Shown here piece after piece: positions 1 through 6,804 of a stretch of 32,000 nt of DNA. The stretch lies in assembly GCA_001761425.1 (NCBI GenBank), contig CP012986.1:60001-92000 (forward strand), written 5' to 3'. The number at the start of each line of letters is the position of its first letter. The stretch's first letter is position 1. The position numbers and the translations under genes were made by a program. The notes beneath the pieces were generated by a model. That model was not told the DNA's origin. It worked only from the letters and a program-made list of their open reading frames with translations, and did not search any database. The stretch comes from Candidatus Saccharimonadota bacterium (GTDB lineage Archaea; Nanohalarchaeota; Nanosalinia; Nanosalinales; Nanosalinaceae).

Positions 1-751
1 CTTTCTCGAAGTCTCTCAGGTATTCAGTACATGTCTGGTGTCCGAGGCCTCTACTCCCGGAATGTATCATTATCACGATCTGGTTTTTTTCAAGACCGAA
101 GGCCTTGGCTTTTTCCTCTTCGAAGGTTTCTTCTACTTTCTGTACTTCGAGGAAGTGGTTTCCTGATCCGAGGCTTCCGACCTGTTTGAGGCCTCTCTTT
201 TTAGCGTCTTCCGGGACTTTTTCTGGCTTTCCTGGAAGCCTCCCATTTTCCTCGCATCTTTTGAGATCGCTTTCCTTGGCGTGGCCGTTTTGCAGCATCC
301 ATTCAGCTCCTTTTTCAAGAATTTCTTCAAGATCTTCTTTATCGACGTCGATGTAGCCTCCTTTGCCGAGTCCGCACGGTACTTTGTCGAAGAGGATATT
401 TGCGATTTGTTCCTCTTTTCCCTTGATATCGTCGTATTTGAGCGAGGTTTTGAGGACTCGTACGCCACAGTTTATGTCGTAGCCGATTCCTCCAGGACTT
501 ATTACGCCGTTTTCCATGTCTATGGCTGCGACTCCTCCGATTGGGAAGCCGTAGCCCTGGTGTCCGTCGGGCATGACGATCGAGTGTTTCTGGAGGCCTG
601 GCAGGGTTGCCACGTTTTTGATCTGTTCTAGTGTATCGTCTCCTTTGATCTCTTCCAGCAGTTCTTCGTTTGCGTAGATCCTGGCAGGTTTCTTCATCTT
701 TCCTTCTTTCGGGATCTCGTAGATATTTTCGGATACTTTGTTGAGTTCCAT
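1..751 (-). CDS. rtcB: RNA 3'-phosphate (tRNA-splicing) ligase RtcB, N-terminal ~250 codons; the gene continues beyond the window start
   Basis: Not in the ORF track because it runs off the edge. My reverse-strand translation from ATG (751..749) reads MELNKVSENIYEIPKEGKMKKPARIYANEELL..VMPDGHQGYGFPIGGVAA..GGIGYDINCGVR..GSLGSGNHFLEVQ..IHSGSRGLGHQ. These are the characteristic RtcB metal/GMP-binding motifs. Confidence 0.9.
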   Translation of the reverse strand, partial: MELNKVSENIYEIPKEGKMKKPARIYANEELLEEIKGDDTLEQIKNVATLPGLQKHSIVMPDGHQGYGFPIGGVAAIDMENGVISPGGIGYDINCGVRVLKTSLKYDDIKGKEEQIANILFDKVPCGLGKGGYIDVDKEDLEEILEKGAEWMLQNGHAKESDLKRCEENGRLPGKPEKVPEDAKKRGLKQVGSLGSGNHFLEVQKVEETFEEEKAKAFGLEKNQIVIMIHSGSRGLGHQTCTEYLRDFEK

Positions 752-919
752 ACCTGGTATTTGGCAGGGAAAGTTTACAAGTATGGTAGAGATCGCCTTT
801 TGAATCTGACTTAGTCTTCTTGCTTCTCTACCGATAGGTTTGCAGAGTTTGCCTGGAGATCCTGCGGAAAGTTTTGGACAAGTTAAAGAGAAAAATGAGA
901 GGGAAACAGTTTGGGAGGC

Positions 920-1150
920 CTAGGTTCGGCGGTCTGTCCAGTCTTCGGGCAGAAGGCCTATGATTAGTAGTATTGCTCCGAGTGTTGCTCCTGCGAGACT
1001 GAGTGACTTTATTAGAGGCCAGTCCATGTCTTCACCTGATATTACGTCTTCTGCCTGGGATGCTAGGTCCTGTTGGTCCTGTGCGTAGGTGTAGCCGAAA
1101 AGGCCTATTACTAGGAGTACTGCGCCGATTACAGCGAGTTCTGTTCTCAT
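920..1150 (-). CDS. Small membrane protein (76 aa, two hydrophobic helices), function unknown
   Basis: The ORF has two clear hydrophobic segments (AVIGAVLLVIGLFGY, LAGATLGAILLIIGLL). It is co-directional between archease and rtcB, with a GAGGT about 12 nt upstream of the ATG. Confidence 0.5.
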   Translation of the reverse strand: MRTELAVIGAVLLVIGLFGYTYAQDQQDLASQAEDVISGEDMDWPLIKSLSLAGATLGAILLIIGLLPEDWTDRRT

Positions 1151-1215
1151 TGTGGGTTCTTACCTCTGTAAACAAGAGGTAGTTAGATACAGAAACCGTT
1201 TGTTGCAGTAAGAAA

Positions 1216-1626
1216 CTATATATCCAGTACTGCCTGTAAAACCCATTTGCCGTCCTCGTGGTCGACTTTCATCTCGCTGTAGGTGGGGGCCTTGATATCG
1301 AGGAGTGCCATCTCATCGCTGATGTTGTCGACGACAATCTTCGCGGTCAAGCGGTGGCCTTCATCCGTATCCTCTATCTCAAGCTCTTCTGCGGACGAGA
1401 CGACGACACCTTCAGTATCCTGAAGGAATATCAGTTCGTCCAGGAAATCAAAAAGCAGAGGTTCATATCCCTCTGACTCGACCTCGATGTCATGGTGGTA
1501 CATGCCTCCTTCACCGCCGACGATCTCGGAGAAGGCCTCCACTGCATCGGAGAACGCCTTCTCTATGGTTTCTCCTTCTGTTCTGAACTTTTCGTCTGCC
1601 GGATGCTCAAGTATCTCGTAGCTCAC
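1216..1626 (-). CDS. Archease (RtcB activator / tRNA-modification chaperone family)
   Basis: GTG start. The N-terminus SYEILEHPADEKFRTEGETIEKAFSDAVEAF matches the archease signature (xEx[LF]EHTAD[IV]xxxxxG), and the ~136 aa length is typical. It lies in the same strand block as rtcB. Confidence 0.85.
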   Translation of the reverse strand: MSYEILEHPADEKFRTEGETIEKAFSDAVEAFSEIVGGEGGMYHHDIEVESEGYEPLLFDFLDELIFLQDTEGVVVSSAEELEIEDTDEGHRLTAKIVVDNISDEMALLDIKAPTYSEMKVDHEDGKWVLQAVLDI

Positions 1627-1655
1627 CCTGTCTCACCCGTAAGTTGAGCGATCTC

Positions 1656-1666
1656 ATAAATTTTTA
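1656..1666 (-). promoter_or_regulatory. Candidate TATA box for archease
   Basis: The reverse strand reads TAAAAATTTAT about 30 nt upstream of the GTG start at 1626. This spacing fits a leaderless or short-leader archaeal promoter. Confidence 0.35.
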
Positions 1667-1680
1667 GTCCTCGGCTCATC

Positions 1681-2316
1681 TTACTTTTCCTCAAACCTGT
1701 TTGGGAACTGCTCCTTCAAGGCCTTTTTGACCAGGCCCTGCTGTTTTCCTATACTCATCTCAGTGTTGTCGATTATCAGGTCGTACATTTCAAGGTCTTT
1801 GACGTCTATGCCGTAGTAGTTGCTGTAGCGTTCCTTGTTATCTCTGTCGCGTTTTTTGATTTTTTTCTTGACTTCTTCAACGTCTGTAATTTGTTCCTCA
1901 GCTTTTCTCTGACCTTCTTCAAGATCTCTGGCAGTCCTGCGCGCTCTTTCCTCGAGATCAGCCGTCACATAGATCCTGAAATCACTGTATGTTCCAAGCA
2001 CCCAGGAAGAAATCCTTGACTCGATCACACAGTCTTTTTCAAGGCCTTTCTCCAGCGTCCGTTTGTCTACTTTGATATCGGTCTGTTTGTCTGCCTGTTC
2101 ACTCAGTTCTTCTACTGTAAGGCCTTTTTCATCCGCCAGGTCGCGGAAGAAGTCTCCTGCAGAGTAATTCGGTATATCCAGTGTTTCTGCGATGAAGTAT
2201 GCCAGAGTTCCTTTTCCTGCGCCTGAAGGCCCGTCTATGGTTATGACGAGATCTGATTTTTTCTCGTGATCTCCGTGGAAATCCTGTATTTTACTTTCCA
2301 TGAAGGATTCTTCCAT
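1681..2316 (-). CDS. cmk: Cytidylate (CMP) kinase, archaeal type
   Basis: P-loop ITIDGPSGAGKGT, then SAGDFFRDLADEKGL and a C-terminal YDLIIDNT block. These are colinear with archaeal Cmk proteins. The exact start (M1 versus M6) is uncertain. Confidence 0.8.
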   Translation of the reverse strand: MEESFMESKIQDFHGDHEKKSDLVITIDGPSGAGKGTLAYFIAETLDIPNYSAGDFFRDLADEKGLTVEELSEQADKQTDIKVDKRTLEKGLEKDCVIESRISSWVLGTYSDFRIYVTADLEERARRTARDLEEGQRKAEEQITDVEEVKKKIKKRDRDNKERYSNYYGIDVKDLEMYDLIIDNTEMSIGKQQGLVKKALKEQFPNRFEEK

Positions 2317-2341
2317 CGCTTCTATTTTATTTCAATGGGAG

Positions 2342-2863
2342 TTAGGTCTTATTTTTAAGGACCTCTCTCATTGCGGAGACAAAGTGTTTTCTAAGTTTCT
2401 CGTCTGAGGCCTCAAGCTCCTCCAGCGTCCAGAACCTGGCTTCCTCTGCATCGTCTCCTGCGGATATTTCTCCTTCCGCCTTTTCCATGTCAGCGGAAAA
2501 GATGAACGCCACCAGTTTCTGGCCTGGAAATCTTTCCAGAGCCATTGATTCAAATATCTCTATGTCCTCTGTCTTGAGTTTCAGGCCTGTCTCTTCTTCA
2601 AGCTCTCTTACAGCAGCATGTGTGGGTTCTTCGCTGTGCTCCAGGAATCCTGCCGGAAGACTCCATTCTCCTTTACCTGGTTCGATACCTCTTTTGACGA
2701 AAAGTATCTCTTCTCCCCTTCTCAGTACTGTCGCAGCCACAGGATCTGCGTTCTGCCATATGATTCTGTCACATCCGGGGCAGTAAGGCCTTTCTCTTCC
2801 CTCTGAATGCTTTTCCTCAAGTTCATGTCCGCAGTACCTGCAGTAACTGGGTTCAAACTCCAT
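2342..2863 (-). CDS. NUDIX hydrolase with N-terminal zinc ribbon (NudC-like architecture)
   Basis: CRYCGHE..CPGCD forms a four-Cys ribbon. It is followed by the Nudix box GEWSLPAGFLEHSEEPTHAAVRELEEETGL (GX5EX7REUXEEXGU). Confidence 0.85.
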   Translation of the reverse strand: MEFEPSYCRYCGHELEEKHSEGRERPYCPGCDRIIWQNADPVAATVLRRGEEILFVKRGIEPGKGEWSLPAGFLEHSEEPTHAAVRELEEETGLKLKTEDIEIFESMALERFPGQKLVAFIFSADMEKAEGEISAGDDAEEARFWTLEELEASDEKLRKHFVSAMREVLKNKT

Positions 2864-2921
2864 AACAGTTTGATAGAGACCTTCATCGAATTTATGCCTA
2901 CCGCCTCAAGAAAAACAGGGT

Positions 2922-3470
2922 TTACCGGGAAACATACACTGAATTCTTAGCAGAATACCTGTAATCATGTTGAAGGCCTTCAGAGATACCTATACGGGAA
3001 CTTTCCTCGACCTCTTCTCCCAGGTTTCCTTCCTCAATCCTGAAACTGCCTTCCAGAAGATCCGTTCTATTATCCGCTTTATCTATGTTAAGGGCTTCTG
3101 TAAGCTTTCCAGGCCCATCGCCGAGACTTCCTTCGTCTTCAAGACCTCTCCGCTCTTTCATGACATCGAGGCCTTTCACAGGTTTGACAGCTCTTATCAG
3201 TACAGCTCCAACCTCGTTTTCTTCATGGGCTACGATGTTGAACATGTTATGTATGCCGTAGCTGACATAGACATAGGCCTTGCCAGGTTCTTCGTACATC
3301 GGCGCGTTTCTCTCTGTCTTTCCGTTCCTTGCGTGTGAAGCCGGATCTTTTTCCCCGAGATAGGCCTCAGTTTCCACTATATCAGCTTCGACACCTTCTT
3401 TGATTATTTTACAGCCTAGAAGGCCTTTTGCTACTTTTCTCGGATCCCTGGAGAAGAATTCATATTTCAT
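2922..3470 (-). CDS. mpg: DNA-3-methyladenine glycosylase (AAG/MPG family)
   Basis: IVETEAYLGEKDPASHARNGKTERNAPMYEEPGKAYVYVSYGIHNMFNIV matches the conserved ETEAY..DPASHA..G.T.RN..M...G..YVY..YG core of the MPG family. Confidence 0.85.
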   Translation of the reverse strand: MKYEFFSRDPRKVAKGLLGCKIIKEGVEADIVETEAYLGEKDPASHARNGKTERNAPMYEEPGKAYVYVSYGIHNMFNIVAHEENEVGAVLIRAVKPVKGLDVMKERRGLEDEGSLGDGPGKLTEALNIDKADNRTDLLEGSFRIEEGNLGEEVEESSRIGISEGLQHDYRYSAKNSVYVSR

Positions 3471-3555
3471 AGAATATCGTAGGATAATATGTAGGTTCGC
3501 GGAATGAAGGATTCGAAAACGATTCCTTCTTGAGCACCTTTCTCATGCGAGAAGG

Positions 3556-3573
3556 TCGCGGAGCCCGGGATTT
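3556..3573. repeat. 18-nt exact direct copy of the 3' end of tRNA-Asp (tcgcggagcccgggattt), 111 bp from the original at 3667..3684
   Basis: Direct comparison of the two stretches gives 18/18 identity. Patchy similarity continues for about 15 more nt. Confidence 0.9.
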
Positions 3574-3667
3574 CTACCCCGAACTTCTGAAAGTTCGATC
3601 ATTAGTGCCGGGCTATGCCCGGCGACCACCGGAGGTGGTCATTGCGTATCGATCGAGCGTAACCAAT

Positions 3668-3742
3668 CGCGGAGCCCGGGATTTGAACCCGGGTCTTCAC
3701 CGTGACAGGGTGAAATGATGGGCCAGACTACACCAGCTCCGC
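3668..3742 (-). tRNA. tRNA-Asp (anticodon GUC)
   Basis: Manual cloverleaf on the reverse strand: acceptor GCGGAGC/GCTCCGC, anticodon stem TCACC/GGTGA with loop CTGTCAC, T arm CCGGG-TTCAAAT-CCCGG, discriminator G. CCA is not encoded. Confidence 0.9.
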
Positions 3743-3769
3743 TTTCGTATCCTAGGATACTACCGGGAA

Positions 3770-3778
3770 TTTTTTAAA
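3770..3778 (-). promoter_or_regulatory. Candidate TATA box for tRNA-Asp
   Basis: The reverse strand reads TTTAAAAAA about 30-36 nt upstream of the tRNA 5' end at 3742. Confidence 0.4.
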
Positions 3779-4525
3779 CTAAAAGGTTCCTAGGAGCCTG
3801 AGACCTACGAGTACAAGCAGTGTTAGTGAGGCCTTTTCGATTGTTTTCTGAGGTAGTTTTTGTGCAAGCATGTCTCCGGTTTTAACCGCTACTATGCCGG
3901 TTAGTCCGAGGAGTGTTGATAGGAGGATTGTGTCTGTCCCTGTGTAGAGGCCTGTTTTCTGTGCTATTGGCACTCTGATGAAGGATGCTGAGAGGATTGT
4001 CAGTGCTATCATGGACAGGAATTTGTCTCTGGAGAGTTCTAGTTCCTTGAAGTACGCGACTACCGGGACGCCTACGTTTGATGATCCGAAGACGAGGCCT
4101 GAGAGAATGCCGAGGACCGGCTCCAGTTTCGGGTTTTCCACGCAGAATTTTTTGATGTCGGAAAAATTTTCTGCGATACGCGGTATTCTTGAGGCTACGA
4201 AGAGGAGGACTAGGAGGCCTACTGCTTTTTTGAGCAGTGTCTGTGGCATGTAGTCTATCAGGAGCATTCCTGCTGTTACTCCGAAGAATACTCCGGTTAT
4301 GTATGATTTGAATCTTTCGAGACAGGCCTTTACCTCTTTTATTGATAGTTTAGCTGTTAGTTCGATGTTTGCCAGTATGACAGGTATTATCATGAGGGCT
4401 ACGGCTTCCTGAGGCGGCATGATTAATGTGAGAAGTGAGGTTGATACGAGTGCGTAGCCGAAGCCGTTGAGGCCTTTTATCAGGCCTCCGAGGACGATGG
4501 CTGTGGTTATCAGGAGGAGATTCAT
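3779..4525 (-). CDS. TauE/SafE (DUF81, TSUP) family membrane transporter
   Basis: 248 aa with about 8 hydrophobic helices. The N-terminal GGLIKGLNGFGYALVSTSLL and internal GSSNVGVPVVAYF repeat pattern are typical of DUF81 anion exporters. Confidence 0.8.
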   Translation of the reverse strand: MNLLLITTAIVLGGLIKGLNGFGYALVSTSLLTLIMPPQEAVALMIIPVILANIELTAKLSIKEVKACLERFKSYITGVFFGVTAGMLLIDYMPQTLLKKAVGLLVLLFVASRIPRIAENFSDIKKFCVENPKLEPVLGILSGLVFGSSNVGVPVVAYFKELELSRDKFLSMIALTILSASFIRVPIAQKTGLYTGTDTILLSTLLGLTGIVAVKTGDMLAQKLPQKTIEKASLTLLVLVGLRLLGTF

Positions 4526-4824
4526 CTGTTTCTGTCTATTTTTCTTCCCAGGATCTGTTTTTCTCTGTCGATGGCTGTTGCGATAAGAAGCTCTGCGAGT
4601 TCTCTACCTCTCTTCTCTGGAAGGCCTTTTTCCCTGTAGAGTTTTTCGAACTCCTGTTTAACCTCTTTTTCTCTTTCCTCGTCCACGATCTGCATATCGT
4701 TCTCTTCCTTGTACTCTGCAACTTTGACTACTATATCCATTCTTTCTGCGATGAGTTCCACGATTTCGTTGTTGAGAGAGTCCAGGTCTTCTCTGATCTG
4801 TTCAAGGTCGAGTTCTTCACTCAT
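4522..4824 (-). CDS. Chorismate mutase, AroQ (type II) class, monofunctional
   Basis: LEQIREDLDSLNNEIVELIAERMDIVVKVAEYKEENDMQIVDEEREKEV matches the AroQ helix-1/helix-2 pattern (R..ID.lD..ll.LlaeR......K......d..RE). The stop overlaps the TauE start by 4 nt. Confidence 0.8.
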   Translation of the reverse strand: MSEELDLEQIREDLDSLNNEIVELIAERMDIVVKVAEYKEENDMQIVDEEREKEVKQEFEKLYREKGLPEKRGRELAELLIATAIDREKQILGRKIDRNR

Positions 4825-5220
4825 AACTTCCCTATACAGCTTCTATTACTAAATGAGTTGCGGTGAAAAAAGCTTGGAACCAGACTTCCTTCCCGCCATA
4901 GCAGAAATCTAGGCGCCTCATTGCCGACTGTAAAACAGCAGGCACGGTAGTTAAAGGCCTTCACCGCATTTACAGGATCAGCGGTAAAGAAACATTTTCT
5001 GGAGCTATTTTTTAACGTATCACAGGCAGAAAGATTTCTGAAAACGGTACAGACATACAACTGAGCGTTTCCGGCGTAGCGGAAGATTCTGAAGTCGATT
5101 AAATTGTCCGAAAAGATGGAAGAGGCCTTATTTTTGAGGGAGAAACTGTTACTTAAAACTGGGAACTCCGTTGTCTAACGGGAGGAATGTATCGGCTCCC
5201 GGTATTTAGAGGAATAATTT

Positions 5221-6423
5221 ATGGGCGAAAAATACGTTATAATCGGAGAAGGTATAGCAGGGGCGACAGCAGCGGAAGAAATCAGAGAAAAAAACGAAGA
5301 AGCAGAGATACATGTTTTCACGGATGAGAACGAGCCTCTGTATAACAGGATCATGCTGAAAAATTACATGAAAGGCTCTCTGCCCAAACAGTATACCAAG
5401 GTCCATGATGAGAACTGGTACGAGTCCAGGGACATCGAACTCAGTCTCCAGACACGGGTAACAGATGTAGATAGGGAAAGGAAAACTATCGAGACCGAAG
5501 AAGGAGAGGCCTTTGAGTACGATACCTTGCTGGTCGCTGCTGGCGGTAGCCCTCGCGGGTTCCCTGCTGATGAAGGATACAGTAACGTTCACTACATGTG
5601 GAGTATTGAGAAAGCCGAGGCGATCAAAAAAGCTGCCGAGGAGTCTGAAGAGGCCGTTGTCATCGGTGGAGGCCTTTTGGGGATTGATCTGGCTGTAGCC
5701 TTTGCGGAGAACGGTGCAGACACACATTATCTGATCAGAGGTTCTAACTGGTGGAGCAGAGGCCTTGATGAGGAAGGAGCGGGTATAATACATGATAAGC
5801 TGGAGGATCTCGGTGTTAACGTTGTAACGGATATTGAGGCCTCAGAGTTCGTCGCCGAGGATGGGGAAGTTACGAAAGTTGTCTCTGAAGGCGGTGAGGA
5901 GTTTTCCTGTGATGACGTGGCGATTGCGATCGGTCAGACTCCGAATTCTGAGATTGTTGACGTGGAAAAGACTGATGGAGGCCTTATACAGGTTGATGAG
6001 TATCTGAGGACTTCTGATGAGGATATCTATGCTGCGGGTAACATGGTTGAGTATTACTCTCCTGTCTTCGAGGAAAGGACTGTGAAGGGTTCATGGGACC
6101 ACTCGGATGCTATGGGAGAAAGAGCAGGTAGAAACATGGCAGCGAAAAGTAGTGAGGAGCGGAAGGCCTTTGATTACGTTAATACTTACGGTGTTGGCCA
6201 TTTCACGACGCAGTTCTTGGCTATAGGTGACTGGACGGGAGAACCTGTCTCGAAGAAGTATGATGAGAATCATTACCGCAGACTTTACTTCAAGGATGAT
6301 AGAATTGTTGGCGCGGTGATGATCGGCTTTACGAGGGGACAGGAACGGCTCAAAGACATGATCAAGGACAGGGAAGAGTTTGACAATAGAGAGGCCTTGC
6401 TTGAGAAAAGTTACTGGGAGTGA
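5221..6423 (+). CDS. FAD-dependent pyridine nucleotide-disulfide oxidoreductase (class I/II, NADH-oxidase / ferredoxin-reductase-like)
   Basis: N-terminal FAD motif VIIGEGIAGATAA, a second Rossmann motif AVVIGGGLLGIDLA, and the GD motif IYAAGNM. Confidence 0.85.
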   Translation: MGEKYVIIGEGIAGATAAEEIREKNEEAEIHVFTDENEPLYNRIMLKNYMKGSLPKQYTKVHDENWYESRDIELSLQTRVTDVDRERKTIETEEGEAFEYDTLLVAAGGSPRGFPADEGYSNVHYMWSIEKAEAIKKAAEESEEAVVIGGGLLGIDLAVAFAENGADTHYLIRGSNWWSRGLDEEGAGIIHDKLEDLGVNVVTDIEASEFVAEDGEVTKVVSEGGEEFSCDDVAIAIGQTPNSEIVDVEKTDGGLIQVDEYLRTSDEDIYAAGNMVEYYSPVFEERTVKGSWDHSDAMGERAGRNMAAKSSEERKAFDYVNTYGVGHFTTQFLAIGDWTGEPVSKKYDENHYRRLYFKDDRIVGAVMIGFTRGQERLKDMIKDREEFDNREALLEKSYWE

Positions 6424-6425
6424 CT

Positions 6426-6749
6426 TTACATCCAGGTTAGGTTTTCCTCCAGTCTCTCTTTTTCCTCCAGGTATTCGGATTCGATGTATTCCCAGGCCTC
6501 TATACTTGACTGGGACCATTCTGTTCTGATTTTTTCTCTTTCTATACCGTGGAACTGGAGGCCTTGATCTGTAAGGAAGACGTTGTAGTCTTCAGTCTGG
6601 AGGAAGACATCGTAACGTGTGTTTTCATCGAAATCAGGTTTTACTCTTGGCAGGTAGCTTTCAGAATTTTCTATGATCTCTTCCAGGTACTGTTTTACGT
6701 CCTGCAGATCTTTTGAGGGACCAGAATCGAGAGAGGCCTGAAAACTCAT
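6426..6749 (-). CDS. Hypothetical acidic protein (107 aa)
   Basis: The ORF has an acidic composition like the confident genes and fills an otherwise empty slot. I recognise no motif. Confidence 0.45.
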   Translation of the reverse strand: MSFQASLDSGPSKDLQDVKQYLEEIIENSESYLPRVKPDFDENTRYDVFLQTEDYNVFLTDQGLQFHGIEREKIRTEWSQSSIEAWEYIESEYLEEKERLEENLTWM

Positions 6750-6804
6750 GTATACATATTGTTCAGGCTCTGATGAAAACTACTGTTGCAGTGAAAGTCA
6801 ACCT

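Noticed and set aside
105-631. Three track ORFs (105..356 +, 133..468 -, 281..631 +).
   Set aside because: All lie inside the rtcB reading frame or antisense to it. Their products are low-complexity (Ser/Phe/Lys-rich), whereas the rtcB frame carries unmistakable family motifs.
3481-3668. A second, possibly intron-containing or split tRNA gene downstream of tRNA-Asp. This included a look at the CGAACTTTCAGAAGTTCG hairpin as a UCA (Sec/suppressor) anticodon arm.
   Set aside because: No 5' acceptor strand complements GCTCCGC. The T loop reads TAGAAAT (no T-Psi-C), and the T stem has a G-G mismatch. The candidate anticodon hairpin gives a 4-, 6- or 8-nt loop, never 7. I kept it as a degenerate tRNA-like repeat only.
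3530-3718. 62-aa ORF on the + strand.
   Set aside because: It spans the tRNA-Asp gene and the structured spacer. The Arg/Pro-rich product is unlike the acidic proteome.
4821-5060. 79-aa ORF (-) in the long spacer.
   Set aside because: The composition is Cys/Phe/Arg/Asn-rich and non-acidic. Its stop overlaps the start of chorismate mutase, and there is no ribosome-binding site. I treat the region as non-coding.
4825-5220. SRP RNA, RNase P RNA or 5S rRNA hidden in the 396-bp spacer. GGCGGGAAGGAAGTCTGG on the - strand resembles the SRP helix-8 GGAAGGAAGC.
   Set aside because: The GGAA..TTCC there forms its own small hairpin rather than a GNRA-closed helix 8. There is no GAGGAAAGTCC-type RNase P CR-I, no 5S-like CCCGAAC/GTACTGG blocks, and the lengths do not fit.
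5206-5793. 195-aa ORF (-).
   Set aside because: It is antisense to the FAD oxidoreductase, which has clear dinucleotide-binding motifs. The product is hydrophobic and Cys/Phe-rich with no motif.
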